Positions 29,182 to 35,723 of a stretch of DNA of 35,723 nt are shown here, one piece after another. The stretch lies in sequence record DRR723986_8435; one strand, written 5' to 3'. Both the position numbers and the translations under genes were made by a program. Position 1 is the stretch's first letter, and every line of letters begins with the position of its first letter. Under the pieces are notes generated by a model. It made no database searches and had not been told where the DNA came from. It saw only the letters and a list, made by a program, of their open reading frames with translations.

Positions 29182-29691
29182 TTATTTCAATTCTTGAATA
29201 AGGGTTTTCACCCGATCCTTGATCTGAATTCCAGATATATCTTCATTTAAGGAAGTTGCTAAGAGAAATTCGTTGACTGCTCCTGTATGATCAGTGGATT
29301 TGCCTTCAGCGAGCGTGACATACCTCATCGTAGTCCAAAGCAAGGTCTTCAATTGCTTCTCACTATCATCTGTCATGTAATACTCCAAAATTACCGTATT
29401 GTGATTATGCCAGATGATTCGGCTTTTTATCCGAACCCACTCGCCCACCATTGCTGGCTTCACGTAAGAAATATTATGGTTATAGATTACCCAAGCAGCT
29501 TGATACTTTTTGATGAAGTCCATCATTTCCACGCCGTATAGTTTCGGGACCTGATCTTCTCGGGCATTGAAAAAGTAATCGAAATACTTCGCATTGTTCA
29601 GATGGCGAAGTGGGTCGCAATCCTGAAAGCGAATCAAGACTCTACTTTCAGTTTCGGTTGGGTAATTTTTCTCTGAGTTATATTCAAACAT
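29182..29691 (-). CDS. Acyl-CoA thioesterase (hot-dog fold, 4HBT/FcbC-like)
   Basis: IRFQDCDPLRHLNNAKYFDYF motif. Confidence 0.88.
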   Translation of the reverse strand: MFEYNSEKNYPTETESRVLIRFQDCDPLRHLNNAKYFDYFFNAREDQVPKLYGVEMMDFIKKYQAAWVIYNHNISYVKPAMVGEWVRIKSRIIWHNHNTVILEYYMTDDSEKQLKTLLWTTMRYVTLAEGKSTDHTGAVNEFLLATSLNEDISGIQIKDRVKTLIQELK

Positions 29692-29693
29692 AA

Positions 29694-30329
29694 TTAATCT
29701 AGTATTGCTGAGCTTTCAATTAGTATGACTCCTGCTTTTTTCAATTCGTCCAAAGCCTTCTCTCCATCTTCTGCAGATAGGTTGACTGCCCGGGTTGCAT
29801 CCGTGATGAAGTAGGTCTTAAAACCCAAACTTACAGCATCCAGCGCGGTAAATTTTACACAATAATCCTGAGCCAGGCCCGTGAGGAATACGTTCATAAT
29901 CCCTTCATTTTGCAGGAAATCACCTAAGCCTGTATCTCCTCTTCTTGCATTGTCAAAAAAACCTGAATACGAATCCACTTCCGGATTTGTTCCTTTTTGG
30001 AAAATGGCTTGCCATCTTATTGGATTCAATTCGGCATGAAACTCTGCCCCTTCAGATCCCTGAACGCAGTGAACTGGCCATAGCATTTGCTTTAATCCTG
30101 CTAATTCTATGAATTCACCTGGTTTTTTCCCTTTGTGATTTGCTGCAAAACTTCCATGGTCTTCAGGATGAAAGTCCTGAGTTGCAACTATAAATGTAAA
30201 ATGCTCCTGAAGTGAATTGATGACAGGAATAACGGCATCGCCCTCACTTACAGCTAACGCCCCACCAGGTAAAAAGTCATTTTGCACATCTATAATAAGT
30301 AATGCACTGTTTTTAAGATTCATTGCCAT
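29694..30329 (-). CDS. pncA: Nicotinamidase/pyrazinamidase
   Basis: ALLIIDVQNDF, TQDFHP..H, WPVHCVQ, KG..DSYSGF and GLAQDYCV motifs. Start is ATG 30329 or 30323 rather than the GTG at 30368. Confidence 0.93.
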   Translation of the reverse strand: MAMNLKNSALLIIDVQNDFLPGGALAVSEGDAVIPVINSLQEHFTFIVATQDFHPEDHGSFAANHKGKKPGEFIELAGLKQMLWPVHCVQGSEGAEFHAELNPIRWQAIFQKGTNPEVDSYSGFFDNARRGDTGLGDFLQNEGIMNVFLTGLAQDYCVKFTALDAVSLGFKTYFITDATRAVNLSAEDGEKALDELKKAGVILIESSAILD

Positions 30330-30385
30330 TATCTGTTTGTTTAGATCCGCCAACGAGAGTGTCCTCACTTCCGGCTAATCGCTAA

Positions 30386-31882
30386 TTAATTTTCAGCTTC
30401 ATTGCCAGTATCTACTTGTTTTGCTTTCAAAACCAACTCCATTCGCAGTTGGTGAAGATTTTCTTCCAATCCGATTGGATACAGATGTGGATTTACCAAT
30501 CGCTTATGTGTCTTATCCAAAGAATCCAACTGACTTTGCACTCTTTCTCTGATCTTGACGATTGTAGGGAGTTCATACACTAGTTTCCCTTTTTCGAAAA
30601 TCGGCTTGAGTAATAGTTCTTCCTGATAAAAAGCAGGCATCATCCGCTTTCTTCTGGTGGGATCATTAGGATCGATGATTAAAGCAGCTTGAGGATTGAG
30701 TTCTTGATCTTCCAAGTAAATCATATCAGCCACAGCTTTCCCTTTGGAAAAAAATCGCTTGATCGTATGAAATCCGGGAATATTGATTTTCAGCGACTGC
30801 TGCGAAAGTTTTATTTTAGGAATCCATTCACCCTTTTCATCTTTAATAGCCGATAATTTATACACACCACCAAGAGCAGGCTGATCAAATGCCGTCACAA
30901 GCTTTGTCCCAACTCCCCAAACATTAATAGATGACTCCTGTCCCTTCAGCGAAGTTATAATATGCTCATCTAGGTCATTTGATGCGACAATTTTCGCTTC
31001 AGAAAATCCAGCTTCGTCTAGCATCTCTCGTGCGATATTACTGAAATACGCTAAATCACCAGAATCTATTCGAATACCGACCATCTCTTTTCCATTTCTT
31101 CTCAAGGCATTCCCAACTTTGATCGCATTTTTGATTCCATTGATGGTATCATAGGTATCTACTAGAAAAATAGATTGATCTGGAAATGCATCGGCATAGG
31201 CTTCAAATGCTTCTATTTCAGTTTCAAAGGACATGATCCAGCTATGCGCATGAGTACCAGACACAGGAATTCCGAATAATTTCCCTGCCATCACATTACT
31301 CGTAGAGGTGCATCCACCTATGTAGGCCGCTCTGGAAGCTGCTAGTCCTCCGTCTATGCCTTGAGCACGACGCAAGCCGAATTCCAAGACAGGATCACCT
31401 TTAGCCGCCAAGTTGATCCGGGCAGACTTAGTAGCAATCAGACTTTGGAAATTGATAATATTCAGCAGAGGAGTTTCCAGCAGTTGGCATTGAATCAACG
31501 GGCCTTTCACGCGAACCAGAGGAGTATTTGGAAAAACTACCGTTCCTTCTTCAACTGCTGCGATATCACAGGTAAATTTCATTTCCCTGAGGTAATCCAA
31601 AAAACCCGACTCGAACAAAAGCTGCCCGTCTTTGCCTTTCATGGTCGCCAGGTAACTCAAGTCTTCTTCTGAAAACTTGAAGTTTTTACAGTAATCAACT
31701 ATATAATCCAACCCAGCGGCGATTGTAAATCCGCCTTGAAAAGGATGCTTTCGAAAGAATAAATTAAAAACCGCTTCCTGCTCAGCTTTACCAGATTTCC
31801 AATAAGCATAAGCCATGGTCAATTGATAAAAATCTGTCAGTAGCGCCAGTGAGCCTTGATAGAGGTCTTTCGTTATTTTCAT
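30386..31882 (-). CDS. pncB: Nicotinate phosphoribosyltransferase
   Basis: LLTDFYQLTM, EFGLRRAQG, GTHAHSW, LVDTYD, RIDSGD, ASNDLDE and GVGTKL..GGVYKL motifs. Confidence 0.96.
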   Translation of the reverse strand: MKITKDLYQGSLALLTDFYQLTMAYAYWKSGKAEQEAVFNLFFRKHPFQGGFTIAAGLDYIVDYCKNFKFSEEDLSYLATMKGKDGQLLFESGFLDYLREMKFTCDIAAVEEGTVVFPNTPLVRVKGPLIQCQLLETPLLNIINFQSLIATKSARINLAAKGDPVLEFGLRRAQGIDGGLAASRAAYIGGCTSTSNVMAGKLFGIPVSGTHAHSWIMSFETEIEAFEAYADAFPDQSIFLVDTYDTINGIKNAIKVGNALRRNGKEMVGIRIDSGDLAYFSNIAREMLDEAGFSEAKIVASNDLDEHIITSLKGQESSINVWGVGTKLVTAFDQPALGGVYKLSAIKDEKGEWIPKIKLSQQSLKINIPGFHTIKRFFSKGKAVADMIYLEDQELNPQAALIIDPNDPTRRKRMMPAFYQEELLLKPIFEKGKLVYELPTIVKIRERVQSQLDSLDKTHKRLVNPHLYPIGLEENLHQLRMELVLKAKQVDTGNEAEN

Positions 31883-31902
31883 TGTTTGTTTTTAGCTTAA
31901 TT

Positions 31903-31933
31903 CAAAAATAACCTTCAATTGATTCCTGTCCAA
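31903..31933 (-). promoter_or_regulatory. Bacteroidota housekeeping promoter for pncB
   Basis: -7 element TATTTTTG (31903-31910) with TTG 20 bp upstream (31931-31933). Confidence 0.5.
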
Positions 31934-31938
31934 TTGAT

Positions 31939-32775
31939 TTAAGAAACTTGCTTCACTCGCATATTCAAAAGAATCCCAATTAAAACTAACCCCATCCCAA
32001 TATATACCAGGGCGCCAAATGTTTCATCAAAGAAGAAGAACCCAAATATCAATGCATAAACGATTCCTATATAAGTAAGGCTGGCTACTTTGGACACATT
32101 GGCATTTTGGTAGGCAATAGTCAGGAAATACTGAGCAGTCTGCGTACAAACCCCGATGAACAGTAAAATCGCCCAATCCCACCCAACTGGATTCACCCAG
32201 CCAAAAGCTGAGACTATCAATGCAAAAGGCAAAGTCACCAAAGGAAAATAGAAAATAATTACCAGCGGATGCTCCGTGTTTTTCAATTTCCTGATAACAT
32301 TGTAAGCAAGGCCTGAGAAAATGGCTGAGATAATTCCTATTGTCGCCCAAAACATATCTACCCGGGCATCAACTCCCTGAATCACCAGAACTCCGCCAAA
32401 AGAAATGGCGAAAAATAAGAATTGAATGGGCTTTACTTTCTCCTTGAGCAGGAAAACTCCAAAGAGGGTTGTAAAAATTGGAGACAAATATTGAATAGTT
32501 ACCGCGCTGGCCAATGGAATATTTTGCAAGGTATAGAAGAAGGAAATCAATCCGATAGAGCCAACAACACCGCGAATTATTAACCACTTTTTATTATTCC
32601 CAAAAACATTTACTTTTTGCTTTTTCAACACCAAATAACTGAAAATCAATGAGAAAATAGATCTAAAAACAATAATTTCTATGGCAGGAATGTGAGGAAT
32701 GTACTTTACTGAGACATTCATCAGAGCGAAAAATACTCCAGCCAAAAGCATGGCTTGGACACTGTTAATCTTCAA
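31939..32775 (-). CDS. DMT/EamA family transporter
   Basis: About ten hydrophobic segments in two repeats; EIIVFRS, LSPIFT..FLLKEK and FFFDE motifs; TTG start. Confidence 0.9.
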   Translation of the reverse strand: MKINSVQAMLLAGVFFALMNVSVKYIPHIPAIEIIVFRSIFSLIFSYLVLKKQKVNVFGNNKKWLIIRGVVGSIGLISFFYTLQNIPLASAVTIQYLSPIFTTLFGVFLLKEKVKPIQFLFFAISFGGVLVIQGVDARVDMFWATIGIISAIFSGLAYNVIRKLKNTEHPLVIIFYFPLVTLPFALIVSAFGWVNPVGWDWAILLFIGVCTQTAQYFLTIAYQNANVSKVASLTYIGIVYALIFGFFFFDETFGALVYIGMGLVLIGILLNMRVKQVS

Positions 32776-32895
32776 AATAATAGCTTTTCAGAGTGATCTT
32801 TTTCTAAGGAATTTGTCTGGACAATAGTTCAAAAAATAGTTACAAAAACGAATCAAACTAGCGAACCATTCTACTCAATTTGGGTTTTATTCTCT

Positions 32896-33345
32896 ATGGC
32901 ATTAAAAACAGGAAGCACTGCTCCGGAATTCTCCTTAGCGTGTACAGGTATAAATATTCTGAATACATCAAAAGACTTGAAAGGGAAAGCTTTTGTGCTT
33001 TACATTTATCCAAAGGATTTCACGAAAGTATGTACCGCGGAGGCCTGCGAATTCAGAGATCAATTTGAAGCATTTAGAAATCTGGATATACCGGTTTTTG
33101 GACTGAGTAGAGACGATATCGAAACGCATAATAAATTCAAGAAAGAGCACAGATTGCCTTTTGAACTCCTTTCTGATCCAACAGGAAAGGTATGTAAATC
33201 CTATGATGCCCTAGTTCCTTTGATTAAAATGCCTAAGCGTATCACTTATTTGATAGATAAAGATCATAAGATTGCTGCAGCGTTTTCAGATATGTTTGAG
33301 TCCAAAGGACATATTGAAGCCATGCTAAAGAGTCTGGAAAAGTAA
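32896..33345 (+). CDS. bcp: Peroxiredoxin, BCP/PrxQ subfamily
   Basis: YPKDFTKVCTAEAC (peroxidatic Cys and resolving Cys five residues later); FELLSD; RITYLID. Confidence 0.88.
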   Translation: MALKTGSTAPEFSLACTGINILNTSKDLKGKAFVLYIYPKDFTKVCTAEACEFRDQFEAFRNLDIPVFGLSRDDIETHNKFKKEHRLPFELLSDPTGKVCKSYDALVPLIKMPKRITYLIDKDHKIAAAFSDMFESKGHIEAMLKSLEK

Positions 33346-33421
33346 GGATTTCTCGCGGCGGCGCAACGTCTTTAAATCTCCCCCAAAGGTGCCAAGGCGC
33401 AAAATTGATATGCTATGAGGA

Positions 33422-33475
33422 GTCATTTCGATGGAGGAACTTTCAATCCAGCTTTTTCGGGAAATGAGAAATCTC
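33422..33475 (+). repeat. REP-like palindromic intergenic element
   Basis: gtcatttcga..tcgggaaatgagaaatctc; tcatttc pairs with gaaatga; related to the element at 34381. Confidence 0.55.
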
Positions 33476-33536
33476 TTTTCTCTTTTTCTCGAATCTCCCT
33501 TGCTAATCTAATGTCTTAAATCTTGCGTCTAAAATC

Positions 33537-34187
33537 TTATAAAATAAGCCCATCCTTCATCACCACTTTTCTATCAGCCATAGCAGCTAACTCTTCATTA
33601 TGCGTTACGATCACGAATGCTTGCCCCAGTTCTTTGCGTAGCGTGAAAAACAATTCATGAAGTCCTCGGGCATTCTGGGTATCAAGATTACCACTCGGTT
33701 CATCTGCAAAGACCACAGCTGGGCTATTTATTAAGGCTCGAGCCACTGCCACACGCTGCTGCTCTCCACCTGAAAGTGTAGAAGGCTTATGATCCAACCG
33801 ATGGGAAATCCCTAGCAATTCTGCCAATTCTCCTGATTTCTTGGATAATTGCTCAGGAGATACATTTCCGATCAACCCGGGTATCATAATATTTTCCTGA
33901 GCCGTGAATTCTGGCAAAAGATTATGGAATTGAAAGATAAAGCCAATTCGCTCGTTTCGGAATTTGGCCAAGTCATCTCCTTTTAGATTTAGGAGCTTTT
34001 TTCCATCCATCTCCAAGGAACCTTGGTCAGGCTGATCTAATGTCCCAAGAATATGAAGTAATGTACTTTTTCCTGCTCCCGATGAACCGACTATGGAAAC
34101 AATTTCAGAAGTTAAAATTTCTAGATCTACACCTTTTAATACTTGAAGGCTTCCATAGGATTTATGGATTCCATTGGCTTTCAGCAT
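33537..34187 (-). CDS. lolD: ABC transporter ATP-binding protein, LolD-like
   Basis: Walker [56 protein letters not shown] -7 element at 34208-34215 supports the ATG at 34187. Confidence 0.85.
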   Translation of the reverse strand: MLKANGIHKSYGSLQVLKGVDLEILTSEIVSIVGSSGAGKSTLLHILGTLDQPDQGSLEMDGKKLLNLKGDDLAKFRNERIGFIFQFHNLLPEFTAQENIMIPGLIGNVSPEQLSKKSGELAELLGISHRLDHKPSTLSGGEQQRVAVARALINSPAVVFADEPSGNLDTQNARGLHELFFTLRKELGQAFVIVTHNEELAAMADRKVVMKDGLIL

Positions 34188-34278
34188 GCTAACATTTTTT
34201 ATCACTTCAAAAATAGAACAAATGCCTATCTCCGTGAGGAATTAACGTCTTTTTTTACTGAAAAAGGAAAATGTCAGG

Positions 34279-34310
34279 TTTGATTTATCGAGTCTAAGAG
34301 CTTAACTTCG
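34279..34310 (+). promoter_or_regulatory. Bacteroidota housekeeping promoter for sucC
   Basis: TTTG (34279-34282), 20-bp spacer, TAACTTCG (34303-34310; one mismatch to TAnnTTTG). Confidence 0.5.
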
Positions 34311-34380
34311 AACAAAAATTTCCAGAGGATGAAATCGAGCATGGCTGAAAAGTCAAAGGGGGTAATATCCTCTACCTTGC

Positions 34381-34411
34381 GAGATTCCTCCCGATAGCTA
34401 TCGGGATGACA
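34381..34411 (-). repeat. REP-like element with an 18-bp perfect palindrome
   Basis: tcccgatagctatcggga (34389-34406) inside minus-strand tgtcatcccgatagctatcgggaggaatctc. Confidence 0.65.
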
Positions 34412-34434
34412 TTTGAGAAAAAAATCATACATAT

Positions 34435-35649
34435 ATGAATATTCACGAATATCAGGCTAAAGAAGTATTAAAAGGTTACGGAGTTCGTATTCAGGAAGGT
34501 ATAGTCGCCGACACACCTGAAGCAGCTCATGAAGCAGCCGTTAAGTTGAACGAGCAAACCGGTACTAGCTGGTATGTGATCAAAGCTCAGATTCACGCAG
34601 GTGGACGAGGAAAAGGTAAAGTCAACGAGACTGGTTCCAATGGAGTTGTACTAGCCAAGAAATTGGAAGACGTAGCCGAAAAAGCTAAAAACATCCTAGG
34701 TGGTACCTTGGTAACACACCAAACTGGTCCGGAAGGAAAAGTTGTAAACAAGGTTTTGATCGCTGAGGATGTATATTATCCAGGTGCATCTGAACCAAAG
34801 GAATATTACCTATCTATCTTGTTGGATAGAGCTACTGGTAGCAATGTAATCATGGCCTCTACCGAAGGTGGAATGGACATCGAGGAAGTTGCTGAGCACA
34901 CTCCTGAGAAAATCATGAAAGAGTGGATCGATCCTAAAGTTGGTCTTCAGCCATTCCAAGCTAGAAAAGTAGCTTTTGGATTAGGTCTTTCTGGTAATGC
35001 TTTCAAAGAAATGGTGAAATTCATCACCGCTCTTTACAATGCTTACGAAGGAACTGACTCATCTCAGTTTGAAATCAACCCAGTATTGAAAACGTCTGAC
35101 GATAAAATCTTGGCAGTAGATGCTAAAGTGAATATCGATGACAACGCGCTTTACAGACAAAAAGGATTGGCGGCATTGAGAGATGTAGCTGAAGAAGATC
35201 CTTTGGAAGTAGAAGCTGGCGAATCAGGTTTGAACTATGTGAAACTTGACGGAAACGTAGGTTGCATGGTAAACGGAGCTGGTCTTGCGATGGCTACTAT
35301 GGATATGATCAAATTGGTAGGTGGTGAGCCTGCTAACTTCCTAGATGTAGGAGGAGGGGCAAATGCTACTACTGTAGAAGCTGGTTTCAGAATCATCCTT
35401 CAGGATCCAAATGTAAAAGCAATCTTGATCAACGTATTCGGTGGTATTGTAAGATGCGACAGAATTGCTAGCGGTGTGGTAGAGGCTTACAAATCTATCG
35501 GAGACATCAGAGTTCCTATTATCGTTAGACTTCAAGGAACAAATGCTGCTGAAGGAGCTAAAATCATTGACGATTCCGGATTGAAAGTATTCTCTGCAAT
35601 CACTTTGAAAGAAGCTGCTGACAAAGTACAGTCTGTACTCGAAGCATAA
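34435..35649 (+). CDS. sucC: Succinyl-CoA ligase (ADP-forming) beta subunit
   Basis: MNIHEYQAK, KAQIHAGGRGK, EINP, MVNGAGLAMATMD, ANFLDVGG, NVFGGIVRCD and VRLQGTN motifs. Confidence 0.97.
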   Translation: MNIHEYQAKEVLKGYGVRIQEGIVADTPEAAHEAAVKLNEQTGTSWYVIKAQIHAGGRGKGKVNETGSNGVVLAKKLEDVAEKAKNILGGTLVTHQTGPEGKVVNKVLIAEDVYYPGASEPKEYYLSILLDRATGSNVIMASTEGGMDIEEVAEHTPEKIMKEWIDPKVGLQPFQARKVAFGLGLSGNAFKEMVKFITALYNAYEGTDSSQFEINPVLKTSDDKILAVDAKVNIDDNALYRQKGLAALRDVAEEDPLEVEAGESGLNYVKLDGNVGCMVNGAGLAMATMDMIKLVGGEPANFLDVGGGANATTVEAGFRIILQDPNVKAILINVFGGIVRCDRIASGVVEAYKSIGDIRVPIIVRLQGTNAAEGAKIIDDSGLKVFSAITLKEAADKVQSVLEA

Positions 35650-35660
35650 TATATATTAAG

Positions 35661-35686
35661 TGTACTGAGGAGCAATCTTCAGTACA
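35661..35686 (+). other. GNRA-capped hairpin between sucC and the tRNA
   Basis: tgtactgagga-gcaa-tcttcagtaca with no U tail. Confidence 0.6.
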
Positions 35687-35690
35687 TCAT

Positions 35691-35723
35691 GCACTCGTAG
35701 TTCAACTGGATAGAATATCAGAT
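35691..35723 (+). tRNA. tRNA 5' part, probably tRNA-Arg, truncated by the window end before the anticodon
   Basis: GCACTCG acceptor strand, TA, D-arm GTTC-AACTGGATA-GAAT (A20 arginine identity element), then anticodon-stem start TCAGA. Confidence 0.8.

Noticed and set aside
31915..31939. Direct repeat caattgatt twice upstream of pncB as an NAD-regulator box
   Set aside because: Does not match the NrtR-type GT-N7-AC dyad, is short and AT-rich, and no regulator is adjacent.
100..35535. Numerous 60-134 aa alternative-frame and antisense ORFs in the ORF track (e.g. 874-1278, 19954-20304, 32027-32350)
   Set aside because: All overlap well-supported genes largely or entirely and show no recognisable motifs, so they are treated as shadow ORFs.

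Overview
AT-rich Bacteroidota chromosomal window. SusC/SusD pairs, TAnnTTTG-type promoters and intergenic heptamer/palindromic repeats suggest Cyclobacteriaceae/Algoriphagus-like; this assignment is an inference. Left part (1-22.3 kb) is a carbohydrate-utilisation region: 5'-truncated DUF1080 protein, Tat-exported Gfo/Idh/MocA oxidoreductase, two separately terminated SusC/SusD pairs, a LacI-family regulator divergent from uxaC / SDR mannonate oxidoreductase / uxuA / sugar O-acetyltransferase, UDP-glucuronate decarboxylase and two exported sulfatases. No classical glycoside hydrolase is visible. A shared LacI-type palindrome (CG[C/A]AATCG[A/T]TT[G/C]CG) precedes both susC genes and uxaC. Right part is mostly housekeeping: acyl-CoA ligase, acyl-CoA dehydrogenase, an MtnK-like kinase coupled to a lipoprotein ADP-ribosylglycohydrolase, a secreted protein with a candidate sigma-54 promoter and enhancers, pncB-pncA-thioesterase, DMT transporter, BCP peroxiredoxin, LolD-like ATPase, sucC, and the 5' part of a tRNA (probably Arg). 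No transposase, prophage or CRISPR array was seen. Several intergenic spaces hold REP-like or short tandem repeats. All protein calls come from motif recognition by eye; no database searches were run.
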